A stretch of DNA of 64,000 bases from Penicillus capitatus (Eukaryota; Plantae; Chlorophyta): assembly GCA_965649825.1 (NCBI GenBank), contig OZ287701.1:1167101-1231100 (forward strand), read 5' to 3'. Below are positions 37,101 through 49,840 of the stretch, in pieces. Made by a program: the position numbers and the translations under genes. Under the pieces are notes generated by a model. That model was not told the origin of the DNA. It worked only from the letters and a program-made list of their open reading frames with translations, and did no database searches. Positions within the stretch are counted from its first letter, which is position 1; each line of letters begins with the position of its first letter.

Positions 37101-40100
37101 TCTTTTGGATTGCACTGACTACCAGGTTCTTCTGCTAGTTGCAAAACGAATTGAATTATCATGTAACTCTGCTTTGGTGAGTGCCTTGCAAGCTTTAAGG
37201 CATCCTCAATTTTAGTCATCATCTTCCATGTTAAATCGTCCGAACTTTCCAGAATTCTCTTCACTTCTTCGGTGGTGTCATCGAGAACTTTAGGAAATCG
37301 TTTCAAAACGCATGACAGTCGTCGGAACTCTTCAACCACGATTTTATGAATTAGAACATCATTGCCACTACGTTCAAGCAGCTGCCGAGCGCTTTCAGCG
37401 AGCTTTTTTGCTGGTTCGTCGTTCAGAAGGTCTTCTAAGTCGTCTTCATCTGTCTCTTCTAGGGTTGCCTCGAGAACTCGCATCCTTAAGAAAAAGTGTT
37501 GTACTCCAAGAACTTCGACAGGATTCTCGTCCACAATCGAGAGCATCTGTGTTAGTGCATTTTTGCCTCGCTTCTGTGCTAAAGCGTGCATTGCGAAGGA
37601 AATTGTCAAGGCGTTCTTTCGATTGTACTTTCCTTCTTGAATGAACTTTTTCACTCGTGTTTCTTCGTCCGATCCTTTGTTCTTCAAGCTCCTGGCAATG
37701 AATTTTCCAGCGAAATACTCCTGAAATGTGAGGTGAGGGAACTGATACTGTTGTCCCTCCAATACGAGCAAGAGGAATCCGCTTTCCTTGAAAAACTTGG
37801 ATGCGTTTGTGGATGTTGCGCAACGCTCAACGATTCTTTGTTCGATAAGTATTTGTCTTTTTCTAAGAGCTTCAAAAGCGATCTTCTCTAGATCTCCGAA
37901 AATCGCCATCTTGTTTGCATTTATAGCTGTTGGCTTTTCCTCGAACCTCTTCCACACGAAGTTTGTCATGTCGTTGTAGATCTGAAACATTGTCGCTCTC
38001 TTCCCTCGATCTTCAACGGCGGTGCCATGTTCTTTCGACAAAGAACAGAGAATATGCGCCGTCACCGGAATGTGCGCGGTTTCCCACATACCTCGATCTT
38101 GTTGCAAAGAACTGATGAGTCTCCAGGCTTCGTCTTGTTGAAGTTCTCTGTGTATGTAGTTTATTAGCTGTCGGTCATTGAGTCCAAGGCACTCGAACTG
38201 ACAATCGACCTTCGCTCGTATCTGTTGAAGATTGTACGGTCGTGTCAGTATCAACACCTTGCACAAACGCTTCTCTGCCGCATAAACGAGCTCCGCGGCG
38301 TCTTCGTCAGCTTCATCCAACCCGTCGAATATCAACAGAGTGGTAGAAAGATCGAGGTCGCCTTCGACTTGAGTCAGCAGATCTTCGTATTCAGCTTCGC
38401 TTCGCTCACTGAAGCATACTTGTGCGACCACGTCCTTCAACGTCACTCCTTGTGGACCTTTGGTCTTTGCCATGTTGACACGTCTGATCGGGATGACGTA
38501 GATTGCTTCGAACTCTTGCATGATTTCCCCCAGTGCCCACCTGTGCGCGATGGCTTTGCTGATGCACGTCTTTCCGGAGCCAGGGTTTCCGTAGAGAAGA
38601 ACCTTTCTGACTTCGCTTTCTAGGTCGTCCGGTTTCAAGGACCTCGGTTTGAACAGGTCTTCTAGAGAGACGGGCTTCGTGACTTTCTTCTTCTGTTCGT
38701 AGTGTTCTCTTGCATGATCCCTTCTCTGAGTTGACGAATCTTCTACTTCCTTCCCTTCTACATCTCTCTCCTCCACTTTGTCTTCTCTTTTTTCAATCGT
38801 TCTTCGTTCGACGGCTTCTTCGTACACGACGACGTAATGCTCCATTTCCTTTACGTGATGTCCGATTTTCGTTCCGAACAAAGAAGGCACCTTCGAAAAG
38901 ATCACGGTCCCGATTCGTTCGATACATCATCAGAGTGGATACTCACTTTGGCAAAGCTGTCGTGCTTGTATCTTTCTTTCACATCTCTAATGTTGGACCG
39001 AACTGTGTCCAAGGGGACATATCCAACATCTCGAGCAATTTTGACAAAGACCTTGCCGCGCTCTGCGTGTGCTTCTTGTCGATGTCGGACTTCAAGCCTC
39101 TCACCCATGGCATCGCCACCTAGCCACGCTCTCAACGTGCTTCCAGCATGACCCTCACAAGACCGTTGCATTTTCCGGAACGCTTCGGCCGTTTCTCGAT
39201 TGTCGTCGTTCCTTGTGTGGATTTCGTGTAAGGCGTCGAGGAACGCTATAAAGATGTCTGCATCGTCAAACCACTCTTCGAAGGTCGCACTGGTCGTCAA
39301 CGTCAGAAGCTTCTTCGCGACTTCTTCACGTACAATCTTGGAAGAGGTCTGGATCGCAAGCTGCCTTAATTCTTGGAGGATGCCGAATCTCAATGCCTTT
39401 AAGTCCTCTCCTTTTATCGTCTTCCGCAGCGATTCCATTGCAGTATCATATTCGGACACGAAAAGTGGAAGCTTCCCTTCATCCCTCGACGCCTCCAGTC
39501 TCGACGCCATCAGACTTCGAAGCGTGTCAAACCAAGGCCTCTTGGGCACGCCAAACGCGACGGCCTCTCGTCGAAGTCTTCTGTGCGCATCCGCGATGGC
39601 CGCCGGATCGATGTCGAGGTTCATCAGATTTCTGAGACAATGAAAGACGTGCAGGAATCCACACAATCCACACCACATCCCTTGCGCCATATGAGAAGAT
39701 GGATCTTTGACCTCGAAGCGCTCCACTGCTTGCCAAAGAGCTTTGAAATGGTAGTTCACAGGGTAGTGCTCGCTCGAAAGTTCCATCTCTGTCTCCTTCT
39801 CTGCGATGGATCGACGGAGTTCTTTCTTCTCTCTTTCGCGGATGCCAGTCTGATTGGTTCGGTGGACCATGTGAAGGACTTGATGCAGTACAAGAAACGT
39901 CTCTTCGTGCTCAGCATAGTTCTCCTCGGAAAGGTTCGGTTCTGGCGAGAGACTGCTCAGGAGTTTCTTCGCCATTGCCAGCAGCTCCGCGGCGCCGCTG
40001 TACACGGAAGGATCGATGCGCGCAAGCGCTCCGTGGAGAGCAACGGCGAAGTCTGGTCTCAGAAACTCCCGTTGGCGAACACAGGAACAGAGAGTGTGGA

Positions 40101-40455
40101 CTAAGCTCCTCAAAAGGGCTTTGTCACGTATAGAACGGTGTGCAATTCTGGCCAGTTCCGAGTACTCGAGGACAGTTTGCTGTCTGAGACAATCGTCACT
40201 TCGTTCGCCGTACTTGAGCAACCATCCGAGCAAGACGGCGCGTTCGTTCTTATCCGTCGTTGCGTTATACGCCGCTACCAATGACTTGGTGTTGTAGATG
40301 TTGCGTTTCATAGAGATGGCGCGCAGAAGCTTCGGGTTGTAGACTTCTGCCACGCCTAAGTCCTCGATAATGGGTCGGTCGGCAAATTCCGACGCGGATA
40401 TCCCAATGTCGCTGGGCCCTTCGTCGGGAGCCTGAGCTTTCATGACTGGTTTCAT
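34151..40455 (-). CDS. NLR-like STAND NTPase: helical N-terminal domain + NACHT + 23 HEAT repeats (~2082 aa)
   Basis: Exon 40455-38947, 56-nt intron 38891-38946 (gtgagt...cgaag), exon 38890-34151. Walker A LYGNPGSGKT, Walker B LLIFDGLDE, sensor-1 VLILTRP, AHIPV, winged-helix YQFPHLTFQEYFAG, then 37-aa repeats. Confidence 0.92.
34403..37021 (-). repeat. Coding tandem array: 23 full + 1 partial 111-bp (37-aa) HEAT repeats
   Basis: Consensus CVDEDSDVRQTAMEAIGSVVAAAPQHAGEVLPALANG. The exact 111-bp period holds from Cys codon 37021 to 34468 with no indels. Confidence 0.95.
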
Positions 40456-43195
40456 TCTGTAGCACAAAACGGCGTCGCCTTTACTTGGACGCAGGTGACG
40501 AAGCTACTTACTGGCGTATACAGTTCACAATAAAGTTCGCAGCGGAGATGACGAATCGGACGCCCTCGTCAGCATTATATCCAATGACAGCGATTTAAAG
40601 TTTCCTGTTAAAGCAGAGATCCAAATTTTCGCTACCGTCTTCTTGACAAATACAGAAGTCGATGCTTTATCAGTACTTTCCTCTATTATCAGTAAGAAGT
40701 TTTGCAGCACTACGTCGAGGTCGCAGAGAGCAACAAACATTTGCTGCACTTACGAGGTCAGTTTGTTGAATTTGCATTCGTCCGCGAAGATACAGTAGGT
40801 ATACTCTATGTAAACCCGTCCAATCATAGAGACAATAAATGCCAAAGATAGAGTTCTGTGTAGCCTCTCAGTCAACGCAAGATCGACAATGTGAAGAAGA
40901 GCTACTTTGAGTGAAATGCCCTGAGGAATAGATCATTATCCCTAACCTTGGTCATTGGGATGTTCGTGCATTCATTGACCCCGTATGCATATATACCAAC
41001 GCAGCCACCGAAGAGAACTTTCGCCAGCATTGAGTGAAACGGTAAATGTCTCTGTTTAAGAGGGCCTGATTCTCTCTAGATCGATGTTTCCTACAACCCA
41101 GTGAAACTGCCATCCTCGAGACAGAATCTAATCGGACAACATCCCTTGTTATTCTAGTGTCATGCACGCTTAAAAAGTCACCTGCACCACACTGAAGAGA
41201 GCAGAATTACAACGTCACCAGCGCTGACTTCGTCCGAGATGATGTATGTCATTTTGGCAGCAGCATCTCGTATTCCGTACCCATGACAGCATAAACCATC
41301 GTCACTAGGAATCCACAGAACACAACAGGTGCACTGACGTGACAACAGGGACACAGACTCACTTTGTCACTACGGACTGTACGTCGGCGTCTTCGTTACA
41401 GGAGCATTCAGGTAGGCACGGATACACAGGAAATGCGGTTAGAATATTGGTCACACTCTACCCAGCAGAATATGAAACATGGATGTGCTATCGATCGTAC
41501 CAGCTGCACTTCGCCCAGTGCTAAAAAAGAAGTAAGCGAAGCGCTCACTGTCGTTCATGACTCATTCTTGGTATCCGCAGGTGAGGGTCCGAACTTCAGG
41601 TTGACTATCATCATGTCTTCATCAGCATTCGACATAAAGATGTATCTCCCTGTTTCACGAAACAGACCATTCCGACGGGATCCTTGGGAAATGTCTCCAC
41701 CTGTTCTTCTCGTTGGATGATCGATTCCATAGGATAGCATCCGCATTGGTTCATGTCAAATATGTCACTGTTCCTACCTTTCGATCACACACAATCCCGT
41801 CCATCCATCCATCCGACCCATCGTACGCAACCTCCACGGCTCCGCCAGCGAATGCCACTTCAGGAATTGTTTAGGAGTCTATAGGATCACAAGGACGTCG
41901 CCAAAAATCGTTCTTGATTGCCTCAGACAGACTTCAATTTGTTGTCAAGTCAAGAAACGCGCCAATCGCGACGTAAGTGTTTGTGCGTGCGATAAACGCT
42001 TATGGACGGATGGCAGAGCGGTCGGTTCGAGGAGCGACAACTCCAGAACATCATATGTACGAACGTACACACATTGATAAAGTCGACCACAACCACGGAC
42101 GGACACCGTCCACCGACGGCTTTCTGTGCCGTCTCGTCAAGGGTACACGCCGTGTTGTGTTTCAAAAGGGATAGGGCTCATCGCGAAAGATGCGCGTCGC
42201 TACGACGAATGCAGTTGCTGGCTGCTGGAAATGGTAGATGAAGCCACTAACACATACCCAAAGCGTCGCTGAAGGAAGACACACGACTGTTTCGCGGACA
42301 AACTTCAGTTACCTTCGATTTGGTGAAGAAGTGCCGTTTAGCCTTACGAGTCGCCGAGAAAGACGGTCCTTGAATCAACGAAGTTTGTAAAGCATTCCGT
42401 GTCGTTGTATCTTCTCTGCGAAAGCGACAGCGCAGTTCGGAATTCCTGAAAAGGCTGGAAGGACTTGGGAGAAGGAGGAAGATCGTAAGTATCAGTGGAT
42501 GGTCGTGACGTCGCAGAGAGGGATTTTGAAGACAACTCCTTCAGTATTCTGTCAAACGCTTGATTGCAGCTGTCCTTGGGTACATGTGTTCTCATAACCA
42601 TTCTGGTTTCTTTTTACTTGACAACTGTGGCTCGAGGGCATTCGCTGACGTCCCTGTGCTTCAGGCTCTGGGAGTTGTCCTTGGTCTTGTTTTTGGATCG
42701 GTGTCAGAGAAAGTTCTACATTATACCTTCCATACCAATCAACAATCAAGAATCCAAAAAAGCGAAGCAGTCTTGCTGATCAGATGGCCGATGGATGGAT
42801 TCACTGTCGAAATGCATTTCTGTTCCATTCTTTTCTTGAATGTAGTATTGCACGTCTTCTTCCTCGCAACAAGACACAGGATCAAGACTAAAAGGAATGA
42901 AAGGCCATCGAGCCCAGAGAGCCGGAAACGACATTCACGAAGGCGGAGTGTTGTTGCTCACTCTTCTATAACCATCGGCATGTCTCTGTATAAACAGACA
43001 AAGAGTGCGTGTTCAATGTTCTTGTCTCAACCTTCCTTCTTCCCATCCTCTCGCCCCAGATTGGAGTTTTCGATCATTCTTGTGTCCATTGCATTGCGTA
43101 TCAATTCGTAAGGTCGATCGTCCGTACGTGTTCGCCTACGTTCTGTTTCGATCGTCTTGTCGGAGAAGGCGTTTCGGTCACGTCAAAGGAGTTTC

Positions 43196-43384
43196 ATGAC
43201 ACGATTTGTTATCGGCGCCCGAAGAACCATTCTGCCAAACTGGGCCGTCGCTACGTGTCTTGCAGGTTTCGTTGGCGCGACCTATTTGTACAGCATCCGC
43301 GCCGTAGCAACAGACAACTTGGACAAAGAGATCACGCGCCAACTGGGAAGTACTGCGACAGCTGCCGTCAACGATGAAGAGTAA
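43196..43384 (+). CDS. COA3: Cytochrome c oxidase assembly factor 3-like small membrane protein
   Basis: MTRFVIGARRTILPNWAVATCLAGFVGATYLYSIRAVATDNLDKEITRQL fits the Coa3_cc pattern (N-x2-V...GFV-x3-Y-x-Y-S/T-I/M-x-AV). Confidence 0.65.
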   Translation: MTRFVIGARRTILPNWAVATCLAGFVGATYLYSIRAVATDNLDKEITRQLGSTATAAVNDEE

Positions 43385-43794
43385 GACAACAGTGAATTGT
43401 GTCCTTCATCACAGAACAAAGCCGCTCTGTAGTTAAACCTGCTTCTAAGCACTCTGCGTTTCGAAAGACCGTCTTCCAAGTGTGTCAATTGGTCCCTAAA
43501 GGGAAGGTGGCGACGTATGGTCAGTTGGCCAAGATTCTCAAAACTTCTCCTCGAGCAGTCGGACAGGCTCTGAAGATGAATGGATTGAAGGAGGTCCCGT
43601 GCCATCGCATCATTCGTTCAGATTTGAAGATCGGAGGTTTCCATGGCCAATCGAAGAGCGACTCTCTTTTCGTTAGAAGAAAAATCCAAATGCTGAAGAA
43701 AGAAAACGTGAAGTTCGATGCCGAAAGTTTAGTCCTCCCAGAATGCGTGTGTACAGACGACATGTTGCGAATCGGTCAACTGCATCTGCAGTGA
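43374..43794 (+). CDS. MGMT: Single-domain O6-alkylguanine-DNA alkyltransferase (MGMT/Ogt C-domain)
   Basis: FRKTVFQVCQLVPKGKVATYGQLAKILKTSPRAVGQAL...VPCHRII, with active-site Cys intact, IGGF, KIQMLKKE. The start is inferred as ATG 43374 plus intron 43381-43432. Confidence 0.85.
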
Positions 43795-46579
43795 CAGTTC
43801 CGATTTGCACATTCAAGCAAACATGTCTAGAACACAATCTCCTTCGCAGTTAGCTGGTCTAACCTGAACAGTGACTGAGACCATGAATACAGAATCGGAT
43901 GGATTGACCACTCACTTCTAATGGAATTCCGACGCAAATCTGATGTGACTGGCTCGTTCACTGCACACACTCGATATCTTTCACGGAGGAATCGGCGTTG
44001 GTCGTGATCGCGAAACGCTATCTTGAAATCAACTGTGCAATCAGAAGCCGTTGTGTGCCATAACCGTCGTCAGTTGCGAAAAAGGGACGTGAACAACATG
44101 TGCTTAAGAAAAATGTCGGCGCGTCATGGAATTGACATGTGCTCCTATAGCAACCGCCCTTCCATCGCGTCCACACAATTGACGTAGATGTTCATGTGGA
44201 GTTTGCTGAATCGTTAAGACGGCGAAGCGCCGGATCCTGTATCGGTCCGGAGCGCTGATGGACTTTAGATCCGATTGGAAGTGGCCTTCAAAGTCTGTTT
44301 AGCTTCCCCGGCCTTCTGTCAGTATACATGTCTTCTGCATAACTTGATTGTTACGTCAACGATCGAAGAAATCTATCCTATCCTAGTGCCTGTGACCCCT
44401 GTCTTCGTTCTGTGTTTCTCTTGTTGTGTCGATGCAGAAATGAAGGACTCTCTGTTTGGAGTCACCAGCAAAACAATCGATCCTTTCCTTCGATCGCATC
44501 GGTGCAGCGTGGCGGCGCATACGCTTCATTGAGGATCCTTTTGATTTTCTTCGCTGCGATGCATAAAGCATTCCTCGTCGACGTGTCCTCGAGAACCGTT
44601 TTCCAGACGGAAAAGGGAACTTTGCGGATGACTGCGATCTATTTCTCCATTGGGTATGTAGCAAAGTCCGGCACGGAACGCACTGGGTCATGAGAAGAGG
44701 AAGACGTTCCGACAACGCATATCACAAAGAATCGAGACCACACAAGAGGAAGACAGCCAAACAGACTCGACCGCCCTCAGAAGAGTCATTCATTTCAAAG
44801 AGTAGCACGAAAACAAAATCCTTCGCCGGACTCGGTATCGACTTTAACGGTCGGCGACCTTAAGAAAAGAGCGTTTTTTTTTCGTTCTTTGGCCTTTCTG
44901 TTTGTTGTGTTCTATGGAGGACAGCGAGAAGACAACGAAAATGAGAGGAGGCGGTTCATCCATCGATCTGATCCAGTCTTGCTATGGTGCGTGGGTTTTC
45001 AATAAGAGTGACGTGTGTTGCAGAGAGGGAAAGTTAAAGGATCACTTGTTGTATGAATGAATCAGATCCAGCGACCCCACCATCCCATACCACTTCGACT
45101 TGGGTGGGGCCAGCGAACAGATAAATAATTCGGATGCATAGTTTGTCAGGACAGCTCGACGGCATGGAAAGGGATCTGAGGCAGCTGCGTTATGATATCT
45201 TGCAGTCCATGACGAATTGTCGTGATCTATGATTCAGTTGCTGACGGCGGCTGTTGGCTGAAGAGCGCAATTGCCGAGGATTCGAAGCTACAACGACGGT
45301 GGTATGGAAGCTTACTGTAACGATTTCACTAAATCCATGTCTATCATCTGAATGCGACTAGCACAGATGTATAAACGTCGACGATTTGGATTACTTGATC
45401 AGCACTGACGGAATGTGAGACACCGTCCGTTTGCCAAGTGCGTCGTGATTACTCACCCCTCTGACCTCATCGTTCTCTAGTGATTGACGACGTCAGTATC
45501 GGACAGATTGTTTTGGTCTCCCTGCCAGTGGAAAACTTGAAACTTGAACTTTAATCTTTGCACTCTTTGCGTTCTTAGATGTGTCAATCGCCTCGATTTC
45601 GCAAAAGAGCGAGATATTTCCAATGATGGGGGACCTTGTACGTCAAAAGCCATTCACTGTCCCTTCATCGTCGATACCGCTAACGGATCGTCTCATCAAG
45701 AACTCTTAGATCTAAAAACCTCATCGCGGATTCATTGATACGACGTTGACCTGTATGAGATTTCTGTTTGATTGTTGTTCCTCGGACAACGGAGGTCTAA
45801 TTCGGTATGCTCGACTGTGTGAGGATCAGTCCGGGCTAGAACGATGGATGGGTTTGCCTCATTTCACAGAAATGATCATTTCCCGTCGCGCGAGATATAA
45901 GATCCGAGTCAATTGGTCTCAATGAATCGAGAGTATCTGCATCGCTTTCAGCCTCTTCTGGAGGGAGATTCGCCAGGAAGGCATAGACAGAGACCGGAAA
46001 CACGATCTTCCCCAGTCTGTGTCTTCGAGAGTCATAGAGAGGTAGAGATGTTCGCGAACTGCATCATGCAGCTGTCGATGGCGAAGATACTGGTCGCCAT
46101 CTTCCTGTTTATCGTCTAAAAAGAACGTCACGTCTTCGTTCTTGCGCCGTCTCTGTGAAACGGATGGATGGATCTGTTCTCTGCTGAAGACAAAAACACT
46201 CCTTGGAGAATGACGAACTCACGTGCTTGCGTAGTGGTGGATGGATATCGACGTAAACGCGCATCTTCGCAAAGGAGCTTGTATGACCGGGAGGCTGTGT
46301 TAAAGCGCCTATTACGGTGTCCGTGATGAAACGTGGGAATGGCGTCTGCTGTCGCATGCAAACGGAAGGTGTCTTGATGTCGTCGTCCTAGACCGTCTGG
46401 ACCTGCTAGAGACGAATGATGCGCCCGTGTTTTGCGAAACGAAGAGTTCGCGAAGAGTCGCATTCAAAGAAAAGCTGCCATGTTCATTACATTAAGCATC
46501 GTCAGTTGCCGAACGCGTTCTTCGAGAGGTCATGCAAAATTCGCAAAGACCGCAATTCGGATCGAACATGGCTGACATC

Positions 46580-47183
46580 ACATTCTTCATGTGATGACCA
46601 CAGCACCAGAATCAAGTGTGGCATCGTGGCATCTGTGGCTAGGTGGTTCGTTGCATATCACACGTGTGCTACCTTGTTCTGACGAGAACGATGAAGGCAC
46701 ATAATTGAAGCGCCTGCATTCGCCGGTATTGTCGTTGTAATCGAACGCTTGACAGCCTAAACATCATCACTGTGCATAGTGCTTCGCATTGCGAGCGACC
46801 TACTAAGAGGGAAAACGTCGCAGCACCGGAAATCACACTCTTCACAGGTCAAACCGGTCTGCGTTGCAGTTGGAGGGTCGTCCCACTGCGAATCTGGAAA
46901 TACGTCTACCATGCAACAACGACATCATAGACGGGAGATCCTCGACAACGACGTTACCGTGGTGGTCGTGATCAGGGTCAGGGACGGAAAGGAAGCTGCA
47001 ATCGTTTGTGACGTTAGGATCGCAGTCTACATGGACGGTCTTGTCCAAGACCTTACGGTAGGCAGTTGCCTGAGGACGCAAGCAGGACAGTCCATCAGCA
47101 AACGATACCGATGGTAGAAGACATCTTGCCGAGGAGAGGCACAGAAGTGCGAGGATGGACAACACGGCTGCGTTGGTCGACAT
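46580..47183 (-). CDS. Secreted PAN/Apple-domain-like protein (3' end approximate)
   Basis: Signal peptide MSTNAAVLSILALLCLSSARC. Spliced reading gives TCEECDFRCCDVFPL|GCQAFDYNDNTGECRRF, the PAN cysteine pattern. Confidence 0.55.
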
Positions 47184-47262
47184 GACTCGGTGAAAACTCC
47201 GACGAAGCGGAAAGGGAAGACGGCAAAGAAGAGATGGCGGTGGTCAGAGAAGGTGGTGCTCG

Positions 47263-47270
47263 TATTTATA
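47263..47270 (-). promoter_or_regulatory. TATA box (TATAAATA) upstream of the PAN-like gene
   Basis: tatttata on +, 80 bp upstream of ATG 47183, followed by a pyrimidine-rich leader. Confidence 0.45.
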
Positions 47271-48469
47271 CCCCGCCGTCCAACCATCGTTTCTATTTCC
47301 GTCCAAAAACGAAAAGCGGATGGTCCAAGGGTGCCATTAGCCTTGTTTGCTGACGCGGACAGTGCGAAAAAACAACAGGTTCTGTGCTGGCTGTGAGCTG
47401 TATCCGAGCTCTCCAGCACTTGTCGCGCTGTCATGCAAGGAAAGTCGATGATGTGACTTGCGCTGGTAGGCGGAATCCCTGGCCGACATGCCTCGGCCAT
47501 TCGCCAAACCTTGGCGGACGACTGAGGCACGAGAACGTCGTGCTGTGTGGCGCAAAACGTGCCACTGAGGAGGGGCGAACAGGCTGTCTGCTCGGACGGC
47601 GTAATGGTCGACATCTGGTCCAGCCTTCGATGATGCTGTTTGTTCGTGCAGCGGCCGCGATGTTCGAGGAAGCCTGGACAGGAAAGTGGCGGAGACCGAG
47701 CTCCGTTGCCCGGAGTTCTAAACGAGACGATTCACAGAGCAAGGGACAGAGGGTTGCAGAAAACCTGCGACGGTTGATCGCCGACATTCCGATCACCGTA
47801 CTCGCTGTGGATCGTACGCCAGAGAAGACACTCTCTTCAGATTTCCCGACAGCTGCTCAGCAGTTTAGAGTGCGATCGTCTTGTTGGAAGAGATCTGGTT
47901 TTAAGTGATCTCTTTTTCTTAGGCAGGCTAAAAATAGGAAAGCTTGGTCCGATCGTTCACTCCTCCTTCGTGCAGTGTCAGAGTGAGGAGTTTTCAGATC
48001 ACAATCCGAGTCTGATATCTGCCTCTTTGATTATGGGACGATGACAGGGGTAGCAACTGACTGATGACATTCATGTCATGTCTGTCTGTTTTGGTGTGAC
48101 ACCGGTGCTCATGGGTGCACGAGGTTGACGAACGCACGAGGCGGCTTGAAGAATTCCAAGAGACTCGCCGAAATCGATAAGATCCAATCGTTAGAGATAA
48201 GTCATTATTCTGAGCAAACGACCGCCACCGACGTGACTTGACAAGACGCGCTTCTTGACATCATGCACAGCACTTGCTCACAGGAACTGCCACAGCGGTG
48301 CCCAGAAATGGATCCTTCGACTGGTGCTTTGATGGGTTGACTAACCGATCATAATCGACGATTTCGCACTCGAGTGATACGTGAACAGCACTACAGCTAC
48401 AGTTACAAGCAGCAACGCACTAAGCGTCTGAAAACGGCTGGGCAGTCTGGTTTCGACAAGGTGAGGGTT

Positions 48470-49640
48470 TCAAGGGCAGATGTAGATAACATAAGCTGGG
48501 CCTGGTGACGACGCCTGGTCCCATTTGAGCGTCCGATGAGGTGTGTACATGAACAGGCAAGCTCCTCTGCAAGCAACGCCAACGCCGGCTTTCTGCACAC
48601 GCCTTTTGTTCGCGTAGGTGACGTCGCCTTCTTTGCCGACGGGTGCCAGCTTCTCGCCGCACTTGATGTGACATTTGCCGTCGCATGAGATGTCGACAGC
48701 AGCACAGATCGTGAAACAAAGGTGTGCATATGTAAAGCCGTCCGTGCCGCATACGCGAGAGGATGAAGCAAGGCGACAACGGCGATATTCCGCCTCTTCT
48801 GCCGTCCACATGACATCGACTGCACTGTAGACTGCGGTGAAGGAAGCTACTATTTACGAGGGACAAAGAAGACAGCAACCAGGTTCAGTTCTTCGAATCG
48901 TCATTTGATCACGGAGAAGCAAAAGCTCTCCTTTGTCGGAGAAGAGGTGACGCAAGATAATCTCGATCATTAGAAAAGAAAGCCGGCAGTTTAACAACTG
49001 GAGTCGGACACCAAACGACAGGTATCGACGCAAACGTGATCGGAAAGAGCAATGTAGTGGGAAGAGGCAAAAACAGAGGATGTACTGAAGAGTGCAGCAA
49101 AATCATGGATGGAAAAGCATTCACGTGGTGAATCAAATATCGAGTGGGCGATGCGTGAAACTTTTGAATCAGAGACGACCCAGTCTACATCTTTCACCCT
49201 CACAGAACTCGCACAGGTTTTCCGAGGAGATCAGAGTATCGCACTTCGCTCAATGGACAGTGATACGTGTCAAGATGCGATGTAGACAGCAATTCTTCTC
49301 GGCGAGAGGTAAGTGTGACATCTATTAGTGACAGAGTGTTCTGAAACACTCTAAGAGTGAGATCTGCAGGATCGTAATCCATTTCTCGGTCGTTGACCAA
49401 GAGAAAGGCACATTCACCCGTATGCACAAGGATGTTTGCACAGGGTCTCGCCGAAGCTCGTGCTTTATCTGTCAATCCGACGGCCGCGTCTCCGTGGACA
49501 CCAACCAGCAATCGCTTAAGAACGTCACAGCCTTCGGCATGCCTTGATACGCATGAAAGCAGCGGGAATCGGCAGAATAGCAGGAAAACTAACCGCGTAG
49601 CATATACTTTTTCTTTGATGTGACTTTTCTCATCGTACAT
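48470..49640 (-). CDS. Secreted or membrane protein with Kazal-type domains
   Basis: Hydrophobic N-terminus RLVFLLFCRFPLLSCVSRHA. Last exon CRLASSSRVCGTDGFTYAHLCFTICAAVDISCDGKC (Kazal pattern), then a degenerate second copy PVGKEGDVTYANKRRVQKAGVGVACRGAC. Confidence 0.6.
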
Positions 49641-49840
49641 CTAATGACAGCAGAACGGACGCACGACATCCACCAGCAAAACGAGCAGAGGAGATGCTAT
49701 CAGACGCGCTGTTCCACGGCGCTCTGCTAGCCGTTGGTCAATTAATATGTCCCATCAATGTACAGTTGTGGCCATCAGCGTTCTTTCTAACTCTAGTCAT
49801 TCGCACGCAAACTTTCAAACCTGTTGTGTCACCCATATCG

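Noticed and set aside
34423-37118. Many plus-strand and alternate-frame ORFs over the HEAT array
   Set aside because: Shadow ORFs of a GC-rich periodic coding sequence; no independent protein features.
40457-40749. Upstream spliceable exon as an N-terminal extension of the NACHT protein
   Set aside because: The frame that splices in via intron 40457-40511 has a TAA shortly upstream, and the long open frame stops at 40525. Treated as 5' UTR or unresolved; ATG 40455 used.
40950-46500. Scattered 60-180 aa ORFs at 41-43 kb and 44-46.5 kb
   Set aside because: No recognisable motifs or consistent exon chains; not annotated, although unrecognised genes may be present.
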